DNA from: an uncultured Deferribacteres bacterium
GTDB taxonomy: Bacteria; Zhuqueibacterota; Zhuqueibacteria; Zhuqueibacterales; Geothermadaptataceae
Reading direction: 5' to 3'
Assembly (NCBI GenBank): GCA_964014485.1
Contig: CAXHAT010000093.1
Span: 1-28,713 of the forward strand
Length of the DNA: 28,713 nt
The notes beneath the pieces were generated by a model. The model was not told the DNA's origin. It made no database searches and saw only the letters and a list, made by a program, of their open reading frames with translations. Below, piece after piece: positions 16,592 to 25,600 of this stretch. Position 1 is the stretch's first letter. Every line of letters begins with the position of its first letter. Position numbers and translations under genes: made by a program.

Positions 16592-16639
16592 TGGAATCAT
16601 GGATTTGTGGATTGTTGGAATATCGGAATGATGGAAATT
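16584..16639 (+). repeat. Tandem 8-mer array YGGAnTnn (7 units)
   Basis: CGGAGTGA TGGAATCA TGGATTTG TGGATTGT TGGAATAT CGGAATGA TGGAAATT at exact 8-bp period. Confidence 0.9.
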
Positions 16640-17119
16640 TATCGACATTATTTGGCGGCGCTGGCTTATCGTTTTCAAAGCGCTGTTCGCGACGCTCCGG
16701 AAGATTTTGGCGATTTCCAGGCTGGGAACGGCGTGAGAACGCCGAAGGAAATCGTCCGGCACATGATTCAATTGATCCGGTTCGTCCGTCATTCATTGAA
16801 GCCGCCAATCGAAGTTGAATCAACCGAACCAAAAACTTTCGATGAAGCTATCGAAGGTTTTCACGGCGCCTTACTGCTGCTCGACAAGCTTTTTGCCGAT
16901 TCTGAAAAGCAATTTGACGGCGATAATCTTTTAAAACTGCTTCAAGGGCCGCTGGCCGACGCTATAACGCATATTGGCCAGCTTGCCACATTGCGGCGGA
17001 TAGCGGGCGCTCCAATTCCCGGCGAAAATTTCGTGGCTGTGCGTGTTGAGATTGGAAATGTCGGCGCCGATCAAAAGCTCGCCCGAAACGACAAAAACCA
17101 AGGTTCATCAAAAAGATGA
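16628..17119 (+). CDS. DinB/YfiT-family four-helix-bundle protein
   Basis: RHYLAALAYR, VRTPKEIVRHM and LLQGPLADAITHIGQLATLRRIAGAPIPGENF pattern; start ATG at 16628 or 16631. Confidence 0.8.
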   Translation: MMEIYRHYLAALAYRFQSAVRDAPEDFGDFQAGNGVRTPKEIVRHMIQLIRFVRHSLKPPIEVESTEPKTFDEAIEGFHGALLLLDKLFADSEKQFDGDNLLKLLQGPLADAITHIGQLATLRRIAGAPIPGENFVAVRVEIGNVGADQKLARNDKNQGSSKR

Positions 17120-17126
17120 CTGAGCA

Positions 17127-17158
17127 CAAATCCAATAATCCACAAATCCAGCATTCCA
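17127..17158 (-). repeat. Tandem 8-mer array nnAnTCCA (4 units), inverse of 16584-16639
   Basis: CAAATCCA ATAATCCA CAAATCCA GCATTCCA, 7 bp after the DinB-family stop. Confidence 0.88.
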
Positions 17159-17183
17159 TTAGAGCCTGGTCGGCGGAAAGCGT

Positions 17184-17212
17184 TTGAAGTCTTTCCGCCT
17201 CCCTCCTATCTT
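17184..17212 (+). promoter_or_regulatory. Candidate sigma70 promoter for the M28 peptidase pair
   Basis: TTGAAG-17 nt-TATCTT; the -35 lies in the loop of a GGCGGAAAG/CTTTCCGCC inverted repeat (17172-17199). Confidence 0.45.
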
Positions 17213-17276
17213 CTCCACGCTTTTTGACACGTCCTGCCCAAGCTAACCCTATTCTCTTACCTGAAGGAGAAAAGTC

Positions 17277-19556
17277 ATGCTCTCGCGTTTTCGATTTGCA
17301 TTCATTTTGCTTTCAGCACTTTTTCTGCTGGCCATGGCTGGCTCTGGCGAAAACGGTAAGCCAATTCTTGGATTAACTGAGAAACAAGCGGCTTCTCAAC
17401 ACGAGCTGGAACGGCAATTCGACAGTCATCTCAATCGTGAAAACCTGTCGCAGTGGATGAAATTTCTGACTTCGCAGCCGCAGCCGGTCGGATCGCCGAA
17501 AAGCAAGGAGAACGCGGAATGGGTGGCGGAAAAATTCAGGTCGTGGGGCTACGAGGCGGAAATTGAAGTTTTTCATGTGATGTTTCCCACGCCCAAAATG
17601 CGTTTACTCGAATTGATCGAGCCAACCAAATTCACAGCAAAGTTGATGGAGAAACCAGTTGAAGGCGACGCTTCCTCCGCTCAAACCGATCAAATGCTGC
17701 CGCCTTACAACGCCTACTCCGCCGACGGCGACGTCACGGCTGAATTGGTTTATGTCAATCAAGGGATTCCCCGCGATTACGAAGAATTGGCGAGGCGGGG
17801 CATTGATGTGAAAGGCAAAATTGTAATCGCGCGCTACGGCGGCTCGTGGCGCGGCATCAAGGCCAAAGTTGCGCACGAAAAAGGCGCGATTGGCTGCATT
17901 CTTTATTCCGACCCGAAAGACGACGGCTACATGCAAGGCGACGTTTACCCCAAGGGCGCCTATCGCAATGAAACGGGCGTGCAGCGCGGCTCCGTGCTCG
18001 ATATGCCGCAATACCCCGGCGACCCGTTAACGCCTGGCGTCGGCGCGAAGGAAAATACCGAGCGCATGTCGATCGAAGAGTCCCCGACGATCATGAAAAT
18101 TCCCGTTCTGCCAATTTCCTACAGCGACGCCTTACCGCTTTTGAAAGCGTTAGAAGGCCCGGTCGCTCCGGCTTCCTGGCGCGGCGCTTTGCCGATCACG
18201 TACCACATTGGCCCCGGCCCGGCGAAGGTTCATCTCAAAGTGGAATTTAGCTGGGATTTGACCCCGGCGTACAACGTGATCGCCAAAATGAAAGGCGCAA
18301 AATATCCGGATCAATGGCTGATTCGCGGCAACCATCGCGACGCCTGGGTGCACGGTGCGGCGGATCCAATCAGCGGCACGGTTTCAATGATGGAAGAAGC
18401 GCGTGCTATCGGCGAGTTGGCAAAAGCTGGCTGGAAGCCGAAAAGAACTTTGATCTACTGCTCGTGGGACGCGGAAGAACCGGCGCTGCTCGGTTCTACG
18501 GAATGGGCGGAATTTCACGGCAAGGAATTGAAAGAAAAGGCTGTCATTTACATCAACACTGACGGCAGCGGGCGAGGATACTTGGGCATGGGCGGTTCCC
18601 ATTCTTTGGAAAAATTTATCAATCAAGTCGCGCGTGATGTGGCTGATCCGCAAAAAGACATGAGCGTGGCGGAGCGGACAAGAGCGGCTCGCATCGTCTG
18701 GGGCGGCCCGACGCAACGGCGCGAGGCGCAAAATCGCGGGGATTTACGAATCGGCGCACTTGGCTCCGGATCGGATTACACGCCTTTCATTCAGCACTTG
18801 GGAATCGCTTCGCTGAATCTCGGATTTGGCGGTGAAAGCGGCGGCGGTTCTTACCACTCCGCTTACGACACTTTCGAACATTACACGCGATTCGGCGACC
18901 CGGGATTTCATTACGGCGTGACTCTGGCCAAAACCACCGGCTACAGCATGATGCGGCTCGCGAACGCGGAAATTCCGCCGTTTGAGTTCGGCAATTTCGC
19001 CGAGACGGTTGGTACTTATCTCGAAGAAGTCACTCAAGTTGCCGATAAAATGCGCAAGGATACCGAGCAGGAGAATAAGATCATCCGCGAAGGGTTTTAT
19101 GACGCAGTGAATGACCCGAAAAGGCCGCTCGTTACGCCGAAGCCCAAAGACCCCGTGCCGTTTTTGAATTTCGCGCCGCTGCAAAACGCGCTGGCCAATT
19201 TGAAAGAAAGCGCATCGAAATACTCGTCTGCCTCGAAAAAACTTGCCGCCTCGGAAAATTCGCTCTCAGCTTCAGAAAGCCGGAATCTTGCCAGGCTCGT
19301 TTATTCTGCTGAGCGCGTTTTAACCCGCGAAAAGGGCTTGCCGCGCCGTCCATGGTTCAAACATCATATTTACGCGCCCGGATTTTACACAGGTTACGGC
19401 GTGAAAACGCTGCCCGGCGTTCGAGAAGCATTGGAGCAGCGCGACTGGCAGGAAGCGGAAGAATATATCGACATTACTGCAAAGGTTATCGCGGAATATG
19501 CCGCACACATTGACAAAGCGACCGACACATTAGAATCGATTCTTGACAAAAACTGA
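17277..19556 (+). CDS. M28 family peptidase, glutamate carboxypeptidase II / folate hydrolase-like (PA and transferrin-receptor-like dimerisation domains), secreted
   Basis: Signal peptide; PPYNAYS..GDVTAELVYVN.G, KIVIARYG...RG.K, VQRGSV, PGDPLTPG; metal and catalytic motifs GNHRDAW, ADPISG, WDAEE, YINTD, GSGSD and YHSAYD; RPWFKH.IYAPG..TGY. Confidence 0.93.
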   Translation: MLSRFRFAFILLSALFLLAMAGSGENGKPILGLTEKQAASQHELERQFDSHLNRENLSQWMKFLTSQPQPVGSPKSKENAEWVAEKFRSWGYEAEIEVFHVMFPTPKMRLLELIEPTKFTAKLMEKPVEGDASSAQTDQMLPPYNAYSADGDVTAELVYVNQGIPRDYEELARRGIDVKGKIVIARYGGSWRGIKAKVAHEKGAIGCILYSDPKDDGYMQGDVYPKGAYRNETGVQRGSVLDMPQYPGDPLTPGVGAKENTERMSIEESPTIMKIPVLPISYSDALPLLKALEGPVAPASWRGALPITYHIGPGPAKVHLKVEFSWDLTPAYNVIAKMKGAKYPDQWLIRGNHRDAWVHGAADPISGTVSMMEEARAIGELAKAGWKPKRTLIYCSWDAEEPALLGSTEWAEFHGKELKEKAVIYINTDGSGRGYLGMGGSHSLEKFINQVARDVADPQKDMSVAERTRAARIVWGGPTQRREAQNRGDLRIGALGSGSDYTPFIQHLGIASLNLGFGGESGGGSYHSAYDTFEHYTRFGDPGFHYGVTLAKTTGYSMMRLANAEIPPFEFGNFAETVGTYLEEVTQVADKMRKDTEQENKIIREGFYDAVNDPKRPLVTPKPKDPVPFLNFAPLQNALANLKESASKYSSASKKLAASENSLSASESRNLARLVYSAERVLTREKGLPRRPWFKHHIYAPGFYTGYGVKTLPGVREALEQRDWQEAEEYIDITAKVIAEYAAHIDKATDTLESILDKN

Positions 19557-19578
19557 CTATCCGGATTCGACCACAGAA

Positions 19579-21753
19579 ATGACAAACAGAATTCACCGAT
19601 TCATCGTTCTTTTTACCATTTTTCTATTCATTTGGGGCTGTCAGCAATCGCCGCAACCTGAAGCTCAAAAAAGCGCGCCGTCGCTTGTTGGTTTTACAGC
19701 AGAAAACGCCGAAAGGCAGCGTGAGATTGAAGCGAAACTTATGGAGTTGCCGCAGCCCGCAACTTTCCGCAAGCACCTGGAAACAATTACACGCGAACCG
19801 CACGTTGCCGGAAGCGCGGCCAACAATCGCGTCGCCGATTATCTGGCTGTAACGATGGCGCGCGCTGGCTTCGAGGTCGAGCATTTCCCGTATGAAGTTT
19901 ATCTGCCGCCGCGTCCCGGTGAGATTGCGGTCGAAATCGTTTCGCCGGTGCGCGAGTCTCTAAAAATCAAGGAAGACGCAGTTGACGGCGATTCCTTCTC
20001 ATCGCATGAAGCGCTTCGGCCCGGATGGAACGCTTTCTCCGGCTCCGGCGATGTGACCGCTGAAATTGTTTACGTCAATTACGGTCGTAAAGAAGATTTT
20101 GAGGCGCTGCCGGAGCTCGGCGTCGATCTGAAAGGAAAAATCGCGCTCGCACGTTACGGCGGCAATTTTCGCGGTTACAAAGCGAAATATGCGGAGATGC
20201 ACGGCGCTGCGGGCCTGCTTATTTTCAGCGATCCCGTCGAGGAAGATTTAGAATCGGGCAATGCCTACCCCGATCAAAACTACATCAATTCTTCAACGAT
20301 CCAGCGCGGCTCCGTGCTGACGCTCGACTATATCGGCGATCCGCTGACGCCATTTGAACCCGCCCTGCTCTCGGAAAGCGAACAGTCTGTAAAACGTCTC
20401 GACCCGGCGGACGTGCCTTTCCACAAAATCCCGGTCACGCCGATTCCTTACGAAAGCGCGTTGAAAATCCTGCAAAAAATGGACGGCGACGAAGCGCCGG
20501 AAGACTGGTGCGGCGGGCTGAAGACAACCTACCGTCTCACCGGCGGCGGCAATCTTCGCGTACGCGTCAAAGTAGAACAAACTTTCGAGTTGACCCCGGT
20601 TCAAAACGTTGTCGGCACGCTTACGGGCAGCGAATTTCCTGACGAGTGGATTATTTTGGGCAGTCACTACGACGCATGGGGATTCGGCGCCATCGATCCC
20701 AACGGCGGCACAGCCATGCTGCTGACTTTGGCTGAAGCGCTTGGGGAACTTGCGCAGGCGGGATTTCGTCCGCGGCGGACAATCAAAATTGCGCATTGGG
20801 ACGCTGAAGAGTACGGCATCATTGGGTCAGTGGAATGGGTCGAGCAATTCGTGGAGGAGCTTTCCGAAAAAGCCGTGGCCTACATTAATGCCGATGCGGC
20901 GGTCTTTGGGGCGAATTTTGGTTCATCGTCTTCCCCGTCGCTGAAGGAACTGATTATTTCCGCTACGAAGGCCGCACCTTTGCCTGACGGGCGAACGACG
21001 GTTTTCAAAGACTGGGCAAAAAACACGGCGTCATCGAAATCGCCGCCAATCGGCAATCTCGGCGGCGGGTCGGATCACGTTGGTTTTTATAGCTTTATCG
21101 GCGTGCCGTCCGCTTCGCTTGGATTTACCGGCAAGGGGTCGATGTATCACTCAAATTACGATACTTTTGCCTGGTTTTCGCGCTTCGGCGATCATGAATT
21201 TGTTTACGGCCCCGCCCTCGCCCGTCTTGACGGAATCGTTGCTCTGCGCTTAGCCAACGCCGACATTCTACCCTATTCCGCGAGCCGATACGCCGCTGAT
21301 TTGGAAGGTCACATCACCGGTCTCGAACAGGTTGCGGAATCCAAAAATCGAGGTTATGGGCGTTTTAAAAGCTTTCGAGAACAATTGAAAAAAGTGAAGG
21401 CGGCGGCGGAAAATTACGGCCATGTGCGAGAACAGATATTATCGTCAGCCTTCCACAACAACGATGATTTGCGCCTGCTCAACGCGTCATTAATTGCCTT
21501 GGAAAAATCTTTCGTTCATCAAGACGGCCTGCCTTTCAGCCGTTGGAACAAATCGCTCTACGCTTCGCCTGACCCGTGGAGCGGCTACGCTTCCTGGATG
21601 CTGCCGTCGTTGCGTTATTTGATCGAAATTGACGCTCCGGAAAGCGAGCTAAGACGCTGGGAGGCAATAAACGCCGAAGCGTTGGCGGCATTGAATGCGC
21701 GTCTTGAAAAAACCATCTCTCTTGGCGAACAGATTTTGCAAAAGTCTCGATAG
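19579..21753 (+). CDS. Second M28 GCPII-like peptidase, predicted lipoprotein
   Basis: Lipobox IWG-C; EPHVAGS, NAFSGSGDVTAEIVYVNYG, IQRGSV, GSHYDAW, IDPNGG, WDAEE, YINAD, GGGSDH and YHSNYD. ATG 19579 preferred over TTG 19543, which overlaps the upstream gene. Confidence 0.92.
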   Translation: MTNRIHRFIVLFTIFLFIWGCQQSPQPEAQKSAPSLVGFTAENAERQREIEAKLMELPQPATFRKHLETITREPHVAGSAANNRVADYLAVTMARAGFEVEHFPYEVYLPPRPGEIAVEIVSPVRESLKIKEDAVDGDSFSSHEALRPGWNAFSGSGDVTAEIVYVNYGRKEDFEALPELGVDLKGKIALARYGGNFRGYKAKYAEMHGAAGLLIFSDPVEEDLESGNAYPDQNYINSSTIQRGSVLTLDYIGDPLTPFEPALLSESEQSVKRLDPADVPFHKIPVTPIPYESALKILQKMDGDEAPEDWCGGLKTTYRLTGGGNLRVRVKVEQTFELTPVQNVVGTLTGSEFPDEWIILGSHYDAWGFGAIDPNGGTAMLLTLAEALGELAQAGFRPRRTIKIAHWDAEEYGIIGSVEWVEQFVEELSEKAVAYINADAAVFGANFGSSSSPSLKELIISATKAAPLPDGRTTVFKDWAKNTASSKSPPIGNLGGGSDHVGFYSFIGVPSASLGFTGKGSMYHSNYDTFAWFSRFGDHEFVYGPALARLDGIVALRLANADILPYSASRYAADLEGHITGLEQVAESKNRGYGRFKSFREQLKKVKAAAENYGHVREQILSSAFHNNDDLRLLNASLIALEKSFVHQDGLPFSRWNKSLYASPDPWSGYASWMLPSLRYLIEIDAPESELRRWEAINAEALAALNARLEKTISLGEQILQKSR

Positions 21754-21911
21754 CGTTCCTTCGCCCCGTATTTTCGCCTAAAATACCCGTCATTTTCGGC
21801 TGTTCCATAAGAACGAAAGATGCGTGCCAGCAATTTGTTTTTTCCCTTGTTTTGTCCGCAAAGCCCTGCTTTCAAACGTAAGAAATATGCGTTACAATTC
21901 ACTAACAACTC

Positions 21912-21940
21912 TTGCAAGTCTAAATAATTTTTAATATTGT
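21912..21940 (+). promoter_or_regulatory. Candidate sigma70 promoter far upstream of the S8 protease gene
   Basis: TTGCAA-17 nt-TATTGT in an AT-rich patch. Confidence 0.45.
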
Positions 21941-22643
21941 TCCGCGTTCTCAGAACCACATGAAACCCTGATGGTTTCATTGTGAAAGCTTCAAGCCCAA
22001 ATGACGCTTTCACGACAGAACTCCCCGGATGATTTATCCACTGCAAGTGTAAGTCCCACTAAGGAAGGCGGAGACGTCGTCTTGCGGTAATTCATATAAA
22101 TTATTGCGTGACGCTCATTCATATTCGCTATGAATGCCTTGACGACGAATAAAAATACCTTACCGCTTTTTTTGACGTTGTCCCACGGCATGTCGGCTTC
22201 TGAAACCGTTTCCCAAGCACTGCCTCGAGAAGCCCGTCCCGCATAAAAGCCGCCTTTTTACTTCTCCTTTCTTCTCACGGATGCGAAGAATTGCGATGAC
22301 TTGCTGAGGCAATTCACCTGTAATACAAGCAAATTTCGAGACAACCGTTTTCCGGTTCTCGAAAGATTTCCGTTCCAAAAATCCACATCACCCTCTAACC
22401 AAAAGAGAAAAAGGGAGAACGTATGCCCAAACTTCTATGCCTGTTCGGTGTTGGCGGCTCATTTGTGCGTCAGCGTCTGAACGGGCCGGCCCCAAGGTCA
22501 GGAAAATCTGGAGCCTTTGACAATTCATCCTGACTCGAAATCCCAATCGTGCTGAACAAGCTTGAAATTCAGTTTAAAAATGACAATATGCAGGTACATT
22601 TTGAAGCTGCAGAATATGTAACCAAAAACCAGGAGAAGGATTT

Positions 22644-25600
22644 ATGCAACGACGATGGATGAGTGTTTTTGCCGGGATTTGCGTCATGCTCGCATTCGCG
22701 GCGCCGCCAGTTTTTTCACAGCAAGCAGACGTTCGCCCGGATCACTTGCGGCGGCCGCAAGAGCAGAACAATGCGACGTTCGTGAACTATGCTTCAGATC
22801 GTTTTGTCATCAAAGTGAAGGAGAACCTGCGGGAATCGTTGAAATCATTTCTCGGTCAAGAAATGGGTGCGATCGGGCGGAGCGATTTTGACGCTCTCTG
22901 CGAACTGTACAATATTCGCAAAATCCGCCGCCAATTTCCCTGGCGTAACAATGTGGTTCGTTACAAGGGCCGGGAAATCGATCTGCAAGGTTGGCACATT
23001 TTTAACTTTGAATCCGACGTTGACGTGCTTGAAGTCGTCAATGCATTCCAAGGCTTGCAGGACGTGATTGAAGTTCAGCCGATTGGTTTGCACGCCATCG
23101 ACATTCAGACGCCGAATGATCCTAAATACACGGACGGCAGTCAGTGGCACATCGATAAGATCCAATTGCGGGAAGCGTGGGATATTCACACCGGTTCTAG
23201 CAGCATTATTCTCGCTGTGCTCGATACCGGCGTGCGTTACTATCACGATGATCTCGGCGGCTCAGGAGCAGTTCAAGACGATCTTTTTTCGACCGGCGGC
23301 AATATGTGGAAAAACCCCGGCGAATCCGATAATGGCTCCGACGATGACGGCAACGGGCTCATTGATGATGAGATCGGGTACGACTTCATCGAATCTGGCG
23401 CCATTGCCTTTTGTACTGACGCCGATTGCGGGACGATAGATAATAACCCAAAAGATGATCATGGTCACGGCACGCACGTCTCCGGCATCGCGGCGGCGAT
23501 TACCGATAACGGTATTCATGGCGCGGGCGCCGCGGGCGGCGGTTTTGGCAACGGCAACGGCATTCGCATTATGGCGCTGCGTAACGGCGGCAACTCTTTT
23601 CTCGGCGGGCTCGTTGATATGGCCGCTTCTGCTCAAGGGATAGATTACGCAGCATCGAAAGGCGCAAAATTGGCCAACGGCTCTTGGGGCTCTTCTGATA
23701 CAGGCGGCTTAGGCGACGCGCTTGCAGCTTACCTGGCAGGTGATCGTTTGTTCTTTAAAGCGGCTGGAAACGACAATGCAAGCGCTGGTGATTTCATCAT
23801 CGATTATCCGGACGCTCGCGTTGTTGTTATTGGCTCCACCGATGAAAATGACAACCGTTCTTCCTTCTCCAGTTTTGGCGGAGCAGTGGATGTTGCGGCG
23901 CCCGGCACGAATATCAATTCAACCTGGAGCGCAGGCTACGGCGGTTCCGACGCAACGGCGACAATCAGCGGCACCTCGATGGCTACGCCGTTGGCCGCAG
24001 GCGTTGCCGGATTAATTTGGTCGCAAAACCCGGGCTGGAGCGCACACCAGGTGCGCGACCAATTGGTGAACACCGCTGATCCGATCACGTTTGATCAGCC
24101 GATGGGTTCCGGGCGAATCAACGCTTTTCAGGCGCTCGGCGGCACGCCGGTTATGGAGCCGGACATTGACGTTTCACCATCTTCACTCACTTTTGGCAAT
24201 GTGAACACTGGCAGTTCGAGCGACCTGGTCGTTTCTATCGACAACACCGGGACAGATGATCTTGAAGTCACCAGCCTCAGTTTTTCCGACGGCTCGGCTG
24301 GTTTCTCGCTCGTCTCACCGCCTTCCACGCCGTTCACGATTGGGCCCAGCGATCCTGCGGTTGACGTGACCGTGCGTTTTGCACCAACTGCAGACGGCGC
24401 AGCCAGCGACGATCTTGTGATCGCCAGCGACGACCCCGATGAAAATCCAGTCAACGTCGGGCTTTCCGGCACGGGCGTCACGCCGGTTCCAGATATTGAC
24501 GTTTCCCCTTCTTCGCTCACTTTTGGCAATGTAAACACCGGAAGTTCGAGCGACATGGTTGTTTCCATCGAAAACACCGGAGACGCTGATCTTGAAATAA
24601 CCAGCCTATCTCTTTCCGACGGCTCGGCAGGCTTCTCGCTGGTTTCTCCGCCATCCACGCCGTTCACGATTGGCCCCAGCGATCCCGCGGTTGACGTGAC
24701 CGTGCGTTTTGCGCCCACAGTTGACGGTGCGGCAAACGATGATCTTGTGATTGCCAGCGACGATCCTGATGAAAATCCCGTTAACGTCGCGCTTTCCGGC
24801 ACGGGCGTTACAGCAACGCCGAACATAGACGTTTCGCCGAACTCCCTCGATTTCGGTCTCGTCAACACCGGCGCAACGAGCGATATGACCGTTTCTATTG
24901 AAAATACCGGCGACGCTGATCTTGAAATCACCGGGTTCTCTTTCGCAGACGGTTCGGTCGGCTTCTCGCTGGTTTCTCCGCCTTCAACGCCTTTCACAAT
25001 CGGCCCGAGCGATCCTGCGGTTGACGTAACCGTGCGTTTTGCTCCGACGGTCGTTGGCGTTGCTGACGACGATCTCGAAATCGCCAGCGACGATCCCGAT
25101 GAAAATCCGTTTGTCGTCAGCCTGACCGGCGAAGGCCAAACTCCGCCGCCGATGGAGCCGGATATTGACGTCACGCCAACATCGTTGAGCTTTGGTACGG
25201 TCAATACCGGCAGTTCCAGCGACATGGTTGTTTCCATCGAGAACACCGGAAATGACGATCTGGAAGTCACCGGCCTGAGCCTTTCCGACGGTTCCGCCGG
25301 TTTCTCTCTGGTATCTCCGCCTTCCACGCCTTTCACGATTGGCCCAAGCGATCCGGCTGTGGACGTAACCGTCCGCTTTGCACCGACGGCGGTCGGCGCA
25401 GCGAACGACGTTCTGGTGATTGCCAGTGACGACCCGGATGAAAATCCTGTTAACGTTAATCTTGACGGAACCGGACAAGACACGCCCGCCTATGCTGCAC
25501 GAATCAATGTTGCCGGCCCGGATTTTACCACTGGTGGCGGCGACCTTTTCGTTGCGGACAAAGCCCACACCAGCGGCGATTTCGGCAACGACGGCAATGG

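Noticed and set aside
16584..16639. 8-mer arrays and hairpin clusters as a CRISPR array or integron attC sites
   Set aside because: There are no 25-45 bp constant repeats with unique spacers, no cas or intI gene, and no RYYYAAC...GTTRRRY boundaries.
21536..22378. Minus-strand ORFs of 66-143 aa around the long intergenic region
   Set aside because: No clear RBS or family motif; two overlap the end of the M28 gene on the opposite strand.
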